Assembly (NCBI GenBank): GCA_964035545.1
Contig: OZ037773.1
Location: forward strand, 2,137,751-2,201,750
Source: Bugula neritina
Lineage: Eukaryota; Animalia; Bryozoa
Direction: 5' to 3'
DNA length: 64,000 bases
Shown here: piece by piece, positions 52,805 to 64,000 of the stretch
Numbering within the stretch: the first letter of the stretch is position 1
How the letters are laid out: each line of letters begins with the position of its first letter
The notes under the pieces: generated by a model
Told to the model about the DNA's origin: nothing
Seen by the model: the letters and a program-made list of their open reading frames with translations, nothing else
Database searches by the model: none
Made by a program: the position numbers and the translations under genes

Positions 52805-55800
52805 TTAGCTTCTACTTTTAACACTAGACTCTAAATATTCTAATTCCTCGGCTATTTTCTCTTTATAAAAATTTCTGACTTTTTCTTTGGAGCTCTCAAT
52901 AACAGCCACTCTAGGTCTTCTCATTACTTCTTTCTCTTTACTCTTGGTAAGGAAACATTGGAATCTTCTTTGTCTGTCAAAGCAAATAATCAACATGGTG
53001 TAATATTAAATTCAACAAAGTAATGGCAGGAAAAATGGTACTACATGTATCACATGACATCACCTCACAATATAGCATATGACAGTAGAATATGTCACAA
53101 CATAGCGTACACATAATAGGGGCAGTCATCGTCTAGTGGTTAGGGTGTTTGCCTAGTAAGCCCGAAGTCATGTGTTCAAACCCGACAAGATGCCATTGGA
53201 GTTATGAAGAGCATCCAGTCATAATTGCTCCTGTGCCACATCTGAATAAGTCCTTAATCCGATTTAACAAAAAAAGCGTTTTATCAGGGGTTTTTCTACA
53301 GGGGTGGTGACTATAAACTCGCGTGAGTTTTATAGCATGTGCATAATATCATATCATATCACAATATTATATCATATGTGGCATAATGCAAAATATTTCA
53401 GAAAACTCAACACCCATGAACGACCATTTGTCCTGGCATACACAGGTGCAGCCTGTTACATGACATCAAGCTCATTGCATTTGGCTTCTGATATTTGCAT
53501 AAAAATTAGGTAGCTTTTGCTACAAGTTTCTTGTGTTTAACCAGAAAGGCATGATATAATGGTTAGCAATATTCTCCACTACCTCGTTGGGGTTGATGTG
53601 ACATCAAAACCAAAATAATTTGCTATATCTTGAAATAATGTCACGTCTTCTACTAAATCAGAATATTGAACAACTTTAAGAGATCCGGTGAAGTTTTTGA
53701 GCCAGTATTCATGATGGCTTCTCCAGTTTTTAAAGAACCTTGTCAGGTGATTTCGAAGATCTAAAAAATTGAAACCATATATTATTTATATAGTGGGAAA
53801 ATGCATGCAATAAAATCTTATCATAAAATCAATGATTGATTTATAAAACTAAGAAAAACTTTGATGCAATATTGTCTTTATTTTGCTTTAACTTCCAGAT
53901 TTTTTTTTCTACGGCATAATAATCTGGAACACACATATTATTGAAAACTTTGCACAGACAGCAAGATGTAACTGGTTTGTGTGAATTTCATGTGGTCAAC
54001 ATGGTGAAGGGATAGGAAGAGTTCTTGATGTTGTAAACTGAGGGTGTCTACGCTATGCTTTCATTTCAACCAATTACATGTAAGTGTTATTGGGAGGTTT
54101 TAGTGGAATTTCAAGATGTAATAATTTATGAGATGGTCAGCTTTAAAGTCATAGGAAAGTACCAGTTTTAACTCAGACTTTGGTTTTATATTGTTTGGTC
54201 CCCGTGAGGTTACGCACTTGAAATTTTGCTACATGCTGCAGATTATAGGTTATAAGTAAGAACTTTACCCCGACAAAAACTTAGCAACATTGTATATAAT
54301 TTAGCCAAGTTTTGTGCAACGCATATGATATTTTGTAATTGTCTATAATCAAACCTTTTTCTGAGGCACCATAATAGCTATAATATGAAGTTGTATGACT
54401 ACGTTTGTAAATCAGCTCAAATTAATATTATCATAAATGCTGTGAGGATTCCTATATGGAGATAAAGTGGTGTTGAAAAAATGTTGTCAGTTTGACTCGT
54501 AATGATATTCCTATATAACTAAGTGACAGATACAGCACACAACTCTCTACTATATGAATGATCAGCTACTAATATTTCGATTACTCAATGTATACACACC
54601 TCTAGAGGGTCTATCTGATGAGTTGGACTCCAAAAAGCTTGACTCTTTGAAAATGGATTCCACATTTAGATATTTTTTAGAATATGCATTTTTTGAACTG
54701 ACGGCTTGCCTAAAACAAAAGTTGTGTTACATAGGCTGATGTAAAACATCTAGGTGCAGCAGTGGAAAAATTAAATAGTCCAAATTTTGATACTTTTATA
54801 AGGCATATTTATTTTACGTGTATGGTTGAAATTTCTGAAAGAACATAACTTCTTTGGCTACATTTTTAATCAAGAGCACATGCTTTTCTCAATTTCTTCA
54901 CTACTGCAAAAAAATCCTTGAAGTAGCACAACGTTGGGGTCAATGAGTGCAGTGGTTGGGAGTCTGGATTTTGGAGTTGAGGTTTGGATCACTCAGTGAC
55001 CCCAAGCTTTGTGCTGCAAATCTAGAAAATTGTAATATATTGAACGCAGAATAAAAGGTAGTAACTATTAGACATAATACATTATAGCTGGATTGTATAG
55101 GAAGAAATTCCACTCAGCATAATATTATTTTTAGGCAGATTAAATGTTCTGAAGAAGTTAATACTTTGAGATAGTTACCTGACAAACTCTGAGAAACCGG
55201 CATCATAGGGATTCCTAAGAAGTAAGACAACTCTGACAGGGTGTGTGTTCAAGTACGTATCTACTGGCCCAAAGTGTCGCATGAAAGGCCAGTGTGTTTT
55301 GTAATATAGAGCTCTGCGGGGAAGCTCGTCCAGGCTCTTGCTGTGAAGGTAATTGTAAACAGAGTCGGTGGTATGGCCTGGAAGAATAAACTGTCTGCAT
55401 GAAGCTAGTTTTCTACAATTTTCAACTCTTATCAAGAGATTTTTCTTGCAGACATAGCATCTCCTACTTCGGTAGCAATACTATATAAAGATTTGTCTAG
55501 CTTAGAATAGATCAATGCTTGGTGCATTGATATTGTTTAAGTATAGAACTCATTAGTTTGGAATACTATAGGAATTAGTTGTATAGCAAATAGAATTATA
55601 GAGCATAGATTAGCAACTTCAATAAAAATCTCTAAACAATATTTAGGACGCAGATTGCATCTTTAAACTAGTATGAAACCTACTTGCATATTATATAGCT
55701 AATATCATAAAATTAACTTATTACCAGCAACTTTAAGTAAACAATTTTTCTTTATAATCTCATGAGGAAGTCATGTTAAATATAATGTTTTGTATTTCCA

Positions 55801-58800
55801 TCAGCTATTGATACCTTTTATTTCAAGTATATGCAAACATTTTAAAACAAAAGTAACACTCAGTTTGGTACATTGTAACATATTTTTAGTTTTCAACGCC
55901 AAAAGCTTCTTTCTACTTTTCTCAGAATAGAACTGGGAAAAGCATTGAGAAAGTAGCATTTATCACAGGAGATGGTGACTACCCTGTAATACACTTGGTT
56001 TCTATCATCCGTTTGGAAACAGTTACATTGAATGAAACCACAACCGTAAGTTCATGCAAACGTCAACTACAACGTCATCTAAGATTATCCATTCTCATAA
56101 TTATGACCAGTCATGAAAACGCAGTGATAGTACATGCCAATAATTTCTATTAGTGTGCTGTTATACCTCCAATAAATGTGAGCCCTATAATAACGGCTAT
56201 TAATTCAAGATTATTAAACTACTTAACCAATTATACAAACAACTTCCTTTATAATCAAGTAATTTAATTCAATTCTCAAGTTTCTTTATTATCACTTTAT
56301 AAATGAGATCTCTTCTCAGCATCCAGGGTAGCACAGAAACAAACATTACTGCAGGTCTTTTGACTGACCATTGTCCAACATGGCCAGGCCTCTCTACCTG
56401 CTTTCCAGCTCCTCTACCAGGTCAACCAGTGCCTCTACCAGGTCAACCAGTGCCTCTACTTACATGGTTAGTGCTTTCAATCTAGGTCAAGACTGAAATT
56501 TTCAACAAACTTTTAATCTATCATAATTTGGGAGCAGCCATGGTCTAGGGGTTAGAGCGTTTGCCTAGTAAGCACGAAGTCATGGGTTCGAACCCTGACA
56601 AAGGCCATTGGTGATGTTACGAAGAGCATCCAGTCATAATTGCTCTTGTGCCTTTTGTGCCTTTCTATCAGGGGTTTTTTTTACAGGGATATCGACTATA
56701 AACTTGTGTGAGTTTTAATCTACCATAATTTGAGAAAAAAAATTTACCACAAATAATATGAAGATGCTTTGTCACATGTTGAATTATTATTATTGATATA
56801 TATGGTTCAACAAACTGCATCTTTCTGCTATTATTACCTGCATGCAGTATACTTTTAGTTGTCTTATGAAATGTCATATCAAATGGAAGAAATGTTGACT
56901 TTGAGTATATAGTAAGAACTATAATTGTGTAAACTCTTTGTAGACATTAGTGTCATATATCAGGCTACAGCAAACAGAAAATTTACATTTGATACCCATA
57001 TATATCAAACTTTAACTAATATGTAAGATTTACATAAGTTGTTATAAATATTATTAACATTGATAAGGGTCAACCTGAAACCACAATAAATAAATAAATT
57101 ATGTGCTAGGAGGTCTAGAACCGTTTATTATTGTTTATATATTAATCACTCTTTTTACCAATCAATCATAAAACATGTAATATGAAATAATGCAAATAGA
57201 GTACAGAATAAAATGTGCATGAAGCATCTTTTACTAAGCCAACACTTGCTATAATCAGCATCATGGAAAAATATTGGTTCAAAACATTTAAAGTGACGAG
57301 TAACAAACAACTGAATTTAAAAGTTTACAGTGTGACTTTTTAGAAAATTGATGTGCAGCAAACAGATTTAAGGAAAGCTGTAACCTTTTATGTATCATCT
57401 TAAAGTTTAAAAGTTTTAAAAAATATACAATGGAATTTTTCAGCTATAATTTTAGGATTGTAGAATAACTTTCAGCCTGCCAAGAGGAGGATTTTAATTT
57501 TGCAGACAAAAATCTTTTAATAAACGGAACTAGAATTGTGTAAGACTATAAGATAAAAAGACATATACAAATTGTAAACTTAGCCAAGTGGGTATCAAAG
57601 GGAAATTTGTCTCGCATCACAAAAACAATAAATATTAGTTTATATTACTTAGCAGATTTATAATATTTAATTCGTATTAATTAAGAATCATCTTTATATG
57701 TGAATGTTAATAGCTACTTCATTTAATATCATTATGTTATAAGAACAGTGCTTCTTGGGTATTTTCTATTCGAAAAATCTGAAAGCTTTCGACATCTACT
57801 AATTAATATTAATATATTAACATCAATATATTATCTATTTACTCTATACTATATTATACTCTATATACTGTATATGCTCTATAATATTGTGTGGTCTGTT
57901 GGAAGGAAATATGTTGTTATTCGTGGCACAAAGTGTTACAAAATACTCCAAGGTGTCATAAGATTCTCCAAAGTGTCACCAGATACTCCAAGATGTCACA
58001 ATAGACAGAAATATGTCACAGGTATCACAACATATAACAAGGTGTCACTTACTGTCACAATATGTATCAAAGTATCACTAAGCATTGTAAAGTCACAAAA
58101 AACATCAGACCGACTAAGAATTGTATACAAACTTGCAATGAAATTAAAATCATACAGCCACCTGTTAGCATTGCCATTGCAGAGCAACACCAGTCACTTC
58201 CAGATCCTGGTGAGGCAGTAATTAGTTGAATTCTGTAATCTGATTGGTTGACATCACTAACTTTTTCTAGCAAACTGTCACAATGTTCAAAATTTTCTGT
58301 GTAATTCAAGTCTCTGCTCTCAGAATTTTGCAACCAGTTGTGGTGAAGTTTCTCCCTAAATTTATAAATGAAAGTCTTTTAGTTGGGAAAAGAGTTGTAA
58401 TTCACTAGAATGAGATTATGGAAAACTTGTGATTTCTTAATATACACTGCAGAAAATCTTTTGAGAAAATTGATTTTGCTGGTAAAAAGTAAAAATACGT
58501 TTGGCTTTCATTTACTAATATTGATACCACAGAAAGTCTTGTAATTAATGAAGCATGATATCTGTTTACTTTAAATTATAACAAAGTTATATAATTGTTA
58601 TAAATGTGTGCATACTATGTGTATTTATACTATAGTAGTTGTTCTAATATATAGGCACATACATTATTTCCAAAATTCAAACTGTGATATATGTAGCCCA
58701 CTTTACACACTATAATTTATACATGTGCTACAGTAGCTGTAAATTATTTTCAGATAACTAGAAAAACAAAAGCTCAATTAGTTTTGGCTTTTAGCAAAAA

Positions 58801-59045
58801 AATTTTTAATAATTTTAAGTTGACATTCTATTTTAAGTTTATTATGTAATAATGTTGTAATACTTTCATTATATATGGCATCTACTTGATTGCCAATTAT
58901 ACCACCTTGGCGTTTTAATTTAAATAACATAGCAATATACTCACGGTAAAGGTGCATTCATCAAATGAAATCCACAAATAAAACTCCAAATTAAAACACC
59001 GGAGATGGCAGCTGCTAGAATGCGTTTTCTCTTACATTTGCCCAT
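52805..59045 (-). CDS. WSCD-family (sialate O-sulfotransferase-like) type II membrane sulfotransferase with no visible WSC domains, ~6 exons
   Basis: N-terminal anchor MGKCKRKRILAAAISGVLIWSFICG; PAPS-loop-like LITASPGSGSDW...MLTG; YKTHWP; VVLLLRNPYDAGFSEF; YWLKNFTGSLKVVQYSDLV; RRFQC. Confidence 0.8.
53119..53333 (+). mobile_element. tRNA-derived SINE
   Basis: A-box-like CGTCTAGTGG, loop GCCTAGTAAGC, B-box GTTCAAACC, followed by a non-tRNA body shared with the 56530 copy. Confidence 0.85.
56408..56460. repeat. 21-bp tandem repeat, ~2.5 copies
   Basis: CCTCTACCAGGTCAACCAGTG units. Confidence 0.85.
56530..56718 (+). mobile_element. tRNA-derived SINE, same family, with an internal deletion
   Basis: TGGTCTAGGGG...GCCTAGTAAGC...GGTTCGAACC head; shared GAAGAGCATCCAGTCATAATTGCTC and TATCAGGGGTTTTT...GACTATAAACT. 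Confidence 0.85.
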
Positions 59046-59530
59046 GACTGCTTTCTGTGCAGGAATTCTACATGCTGTCAGATACTTTCTATACTCTTTA
59101 CTTTGTGCTGTAGATGCAACTTTACATGTTAGTGACCATCACATGCAAGCTTTAGCTAGTTGATGTTTACTTTTACTCAATTATGTTTGCTATATCCGAA
59201 AAGTCAATGTACAAATGCTGATGGAAAAAGTTGAAGCTATGGCTAGCTATAGGAAAAATCGTGATGGACTGTAATATGAGACAATATGATACTACACTTA
59301 ACTGTGTGCTGTGTGCTGTTTGCAAAAGGCACATGATAGGCTATCCGACAAAACCTTCCATTCGTACGCCACAATTTCGATCATCATATGATAGCTATAA
59401 GATAACAAGATTTCAAACAACACAGATAAACATATTATAGTCTGCAGGCAAAACTGGGGGTTAGGTTCCCAATCTCGGATAAAGTTTTTTCTCTCATGAT
59501 TATTTATCTTGAGGGTGTAGGTAAATCTTT

Positions 59531-59532
<2 letters not shown>

Positions 59533-59618
<86 letters not shown>

Positions 59619-59625
59619 GTATATG

Positions 59626-59661
<36 letters not shown>

Positions 59662-59666
59662 TATAT
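59533..59666. repeat. (TA)n microsatellite
   Basis: Direct reading. Confidence 0.97.
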
Positions 59667-62023
59667 AAAATAAGACATTTAAAAGGTGATTTTACCACTT
59701 TAATTCATACACATATGCACATAAAATAATGTTATGTCTTTGAGGGCCACATAAATGTAAGCTGGTGGCCACATCTGGCCCTCGGACTGCCTGTTGGAAA
59801 GCCCTGCTTTAGATAGTAGCTATACTTAACTAAAACTTCAGGTTAATAATATTGTGTTTATTAGAAGTAATGATGTCATATATTTAAAAATCACTCATAC
59901 TCTTTCTAGTAAAATGGTTTCCAATATGATTACCCAGCCAACAGTTTATACCAGCATTGGGTAGAGAGTAGACAACTCTAGATAAAAACAATTTGTAAAG
60001 AATGTACAGGATGTGATGTGGGCAGGAGTTGTGTGGTTGTAGATACTATGATCTGTTTGACTAGATTGTTTAAAGTAGAGACAGGGGAATACATGTGTTA
60101 GAAATAAACATGTCCTACGTTTGTTTAATAATTGTTTAGGAATTTTTATGAGTAGTAATTTGTATTTTAAATATACATGCATAGATTCCACTGTCAGTTA
60201 TAATGCATTATAAATATTTTTTAAAGATTTTGGTGGTTCCTCATAATAAATGTATTTTTATAGAGAGTCTAAGCTATGAGAAAATTGCTTATGCAGCCTA
60301 ATAGCTTGCATATATGGCTTACTCCAGTTAAAACCATATTAAAATAATAATTACGTATAATAAATCTGTATGTTTATAGTTTCTTAAATGTAGTTAAACA
60401 TTTGTATATTGTTGAGGTTTTAATAAACTTAGGAAAAATTGCTCTAGCAAATATATTAGAGTGCCATGCAAGCGAAATTTTAGAAAAATTACCACCCAAA
60501 TTTGAACACATTTGTAGGATAAATGTTTCACCTTGCTTGCTCCTAAAAGTAAGCTTTTTATGTAGTTGAATTAGATTTTTATTTATAGTATGCTATCTAG
60601 CTAAAAAATTCAAGCTGTAAGTTTTGCTTTTATTGAAGGACAAATAATATACATATATGGGAAAGTTTATAATATATCTTTTTATAGCACAGGATGTAAC
60701 CTATAATATAGTGCAGATATTTAAACTTATATAACTGACGCATTTGAATTAGTATGAGCCAATATTACATAATATATATATGTTATACTTTTTGTAATGA
60801 AGCTGATCCACTACTGGTGTAGAACTTTCTAGATAGTCTAGACAAGTATTATCCGCAGATTATTGGTGTAAGTTAGGAATCCTATCATATCTACTATTCA
60901 ACTCACAGTTCTTATAACTCTGTTTGTATAATGGTGTAACCAGGCAAAATTTGAACATATTTGCAATGAGCTCCATGCAAAGCTGCAACACACTGTCCAT
61001 GTTTATAGACAACAGCACCTCAACAAGTTGCATCAGGTGTCTGCTTGAAAATAATTATTTTGATTTGTGAAATCTACCTGTAATATTTACTGTGATTTTT
61101 ACAGCCTGCAGGGATTGATAATTACTGGAATGCAGGTTTTGCTTGATTGAAAATGATACTTTGTTTTTTTTTCTATTTATGTATAATACTGGTTTAGATT
61201 TTAAATAGAATAAGTTGCCGAGTGAATTGTAAATTTTATACAGCCCAATATATATTTACAAATTTTATCTATTTTTAACCCTTCCGGATCAGTGAACCAT
61301 AAAATATGTATATGTCCTACTCAATATCCACAAATCAATGGACCAAGTAAAGTGCTTCAACTATATAGCCTTAACAATAGCGCTTAAGTTAAGCTTCTAG
61401 TTTTCAGCCAAACAACTTAAAAATTTCGTAAGCATTGTTAATAGTGTATAGCTTAGTAATTTATGGATAATTATCGACAATAAATATGGGTAAATAAATA
61501 GCTACCAAGCCAAGTGCTATATTATGAAGCAGTCATTTTTCGCAAGTATAAAATTTGCACAGGTAAAAAATTGCACAGATAAAATTTGTGCAGGTAGAAA
61601 TTGCACAGGTAATAATAGAAAAATTGGAAAAGTAGGTAATACTTGTGGGCCGGTTGTTTGGTGTGGGGGTTTCTGGTGAAGGGTGGGGGGGTTGAATGTT
61701 GAATGCACTGAACTGGAATATTATTGAGTTCGATGGTTGAATGCTTGCTCTTGCAGTTTCGCATGACTGCATTGTATAAGATATGCAAATTAGATTGTTC
61801 TACGAGTTTCATTGGTCTATGACAAATAATTGTTTTCAATGCAAACATTAGGGCACACTGAGACGCCAGTTTACGCAACCGCTATCTGATTATATAATTT
61901 CTAACTACTGTTTATACATATAAATACAGATCGATCTAGGATCTGAACATCATTTAGCATCAAACTGCTGTTGCAGTCATTACATCGAGAGCAAGCATTC
62001 AACATTATCGTTAATTGAACAGC

Positions 62024-62398
62024 ATGACTCCTAAAGTTAGCTCTAGAGGTGCCAAGAAAGCAGGAAATGCTAAAGTAGCCCGAACTGCCGGTGATAAGAA
62101 AAAGAAGAGGAAAAGAAAAGAAAGCTTTTCGATTATATATATCTATAAAGTACTGAAGCAAGTGCACCCAGACACTGAGTTATCTGGAAAATCCATTACC
62201 ATCATGAACAGCTTTGTCAATGATATGTTTGAAAAGATTGCTGGTGAAACGTCACAATTAGCTCACTACAACAAGCGATCCACCATAGCAAGTCGAGAGA
62301 TACAAACTGCTGTGAGACTGATTCTGCCAGGAGAGTTGGCTAAGCATGCAGTGTCTGAGGGCACAAAGGCTGTAACTAAATACACCAGCTCCAAGTAA
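62024..62398 (+). CDS. H2B: Histone H2B, intronless, divergent, solitary
   Basis: [24 protein letters not shown]...[35 protein letters not shown]; TATAAATA at 61919-61926. Confidence 0.96.
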   Translation: MTPKVSSRGAKKAGNAKVARTAGDKKKKRKRKESFSIIYIYKVLKQVHPDTELSGKSITIMNSFVNDMFEKIAGETSQLAHYNKRSTIASREIQTAVRLILPGELAKHAVSEGTKAVTKYTSSK

Positions 62399-62427
62399 TC
62401 TCTCCAAGCTCCGCTACTAACCCCAAC

Positions 62428-62443
62428 GGCCCTTTTCAGGGCC
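62428..62443 (+). promoter_or_regulatory. Histone 3'-end stem-loop
   Basis: GGCCCTTTTCAGGGCC about 30 nt after the stop codon. Confidence 0.95.
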
Positions 62444-64000
62444 ACTAATGTTAACTTGTAGAGTTGTTCAAACTTATGAATAATAAATTATTGATAAACC
62501 TTCTAGATATATATTGGGCTCTATAAAATTTGCAATGCACTCACTTATTAACATGTTCTACTTAAAATCTAAACTATGTAGAGTAGTGAATAAACAACTG
62601 AATAAAAAGTATAATCTTCTACCAGGCTTTTAAAACCTGCATTCCAGTAATTGTCAATCCCAAGGCTATAAAAGTCACAGCAAACATTATGAGCAGACTT
62701 CACAAATCAAAGTAATTATGTTAAAGCAGACCCATTATGCAACTTGTTCAGGTGCTGTTGTCTATAAACATGCATCAGATAGCACCCTATATAGCTACTG
62801 TTCAGATTTTACCTGCAGCCACACTATTACAAAAATAGAGTTATAAGAGCTGTGAGTTGAATAGTAGATATGATAGGATTTATAACTTATATCCCAATAA
62901 TCTATAGATAATACTTGTCTAGACTCCAGAAAATTTTACACCAGCAGTGGACCTGGTGGAAACTAGCATCAGCATTTTCCTTACAAAAAGTGTAATATAT
63001 ATTATGTAATTATTCCACACATAATGAGTGCAGGGCTAATAATATATCTACAGCAAGTCATTATCTGCTCAGCTTTAGTTTAACAGGTTAAGCTGATTTA
63101 TTTTACATCAGCTCATCATGCCAGAGCTGTTCTAAATTAACCATAATATGTTTACGGCTTGTCACCTCAAAAAGTTGCACTGGAAAATGTCAAAAGTCTA
63201 TAACACAGATTTGGTGAAAACACTACCACAAATTAATCCTTAGCTACATCTATTCCAATTATCAAGATGTAATAAAATATTGGTGTAAGAGGTTTGTTAC
63301 TCATTGTGAGCATTAAATTACCGTTGCGGCTATGACGAAACAATAAAACCAACGGGCTAGTCTTTTCATTGCATCAGTATAAATTCAAGAGTTGCCCCCT
63401 CATAAGCACAGAACAAAACTAACAGTATGCATACACATATACATAATAATGTATATTAACTAAACTTAAACTAGTCGGAGAAGATGGTTTACTTAAAGTG
63501 AATCAAAACTTCTTCTTGCATCTAAATCTAAACATTTTGGTATTTTATTGATGTTGATTCATTTCAAAATAGTATGATTTTGCTAAATATTTGTAAGGAA
63601 AACAATTTTGTATGTAAAATAGCCAATAGAATATGCAATAATAAGAAATGCAAAGTTATCAGGGGAGATTATTACGAGATAAATTAGATAAAAATATGTT
63701 TAGGTTAATGAAAACAAATATTTGAAAAAACCTAAAACCATGCAAGTGTTTATAGTTATAAAAATATTATAACTTTTAGGCAAGAAAATGAACGTCTGCA
63801 GTGTTTGCAGACAGAGAAGATAATTGCTCAGAAATTGGGCCATGGTCAGATTTACATTTTTAAGCCACCAATCTTTTTCATAACCTTTTTCCTTTGATAA
63901 CTTTGTATAGAGTAGCTGCATAAACATTGAGCATCTTTCCATGCGTCGACTGTTTCTTTCTGGGCTACAAACAAATGACGTTATTTCATTTCATGATACA

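Larger units (their letters stand above)
60764..63010. mobile_element. Foldback-like structure: ~380-bp diverged inverted arms (60764-61140 and 62632-63010) enclosing the H2B gene
   Basis: Collinear reverse-complement blocks, e.g. AGTCTAGACAAGTATTATC, AATCCTATCATATCTACTATTCAACTCACAG, CATGTTTATAGACAACAGCACCT, AATTACTGGAATGCAGGTTTT; no TSD identified. Confidence 0.7.

Noticed and set aside
53119-53195. tRNA-Thr(AGT) genes here and at 56530
   Set aside because: Acceptor stems do not pair and both continue into a shared ~120-bp body, so they are SINEs.
33858-63010. Functional link between the mobile USP (possible H2B deubiquitinase) and the inverted-repeat-flanked H2B
   Set aside because: Different termini, more than 20 kb apart with unrelated host genes between them; no sequence evidence for a joint system.
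63700-63942. Minus-strand 80-aa ORF at the right edge
   Set aside because: May be a terminal exon of an off-window gene, but no motif is recognisable and the reading frame is ambiguous.

Overview
AT-rich, intron-containing eukaryotic DNA from an invertebrate metazoan; no prokaryotic features, CRISPR arrays or rRNA were seen. Host genes in order: 3' half of an aldo-keto reductase (+); an apparently incomplete phospholipid-scramblase-like gene (-); a leishmanolysin/CIROP-like M8 metallopeptidase (-); ataxin-3 (+); an orphan two-exon gene (+); BBS1 (-, with an RFX X-box upstream); ZNRD2/SSSCA1 (+); an orphan membrane-anchored gene (-); a WSCD-type sulfotransferase (-); and a lone, divergent replication-type histone H2B (+). 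Mobile DNA is abundant: two related APE-RT LINE copies, an RTE relic, tRNA-derived SINEs and several MITE families. Most notable observations: (1) a 4.5-kb DNA transposon (24-bp perfect TIRs, perfect 9-bp TSD, no visible transposase) whose only recognisable cargo is an intron-containing USP-family deubiquitinase; (2) the H2B gene enclosed by ~380-bp inverted repeats; (3) a 337-bp inverted duplication of host DNA fused to the 5' end of a young LINE; (4) a 3' RNA structure with compensatory base changes shared by the two LINEs. Gene models and family calls were made by eye from recalled motifs; no database searches were run.
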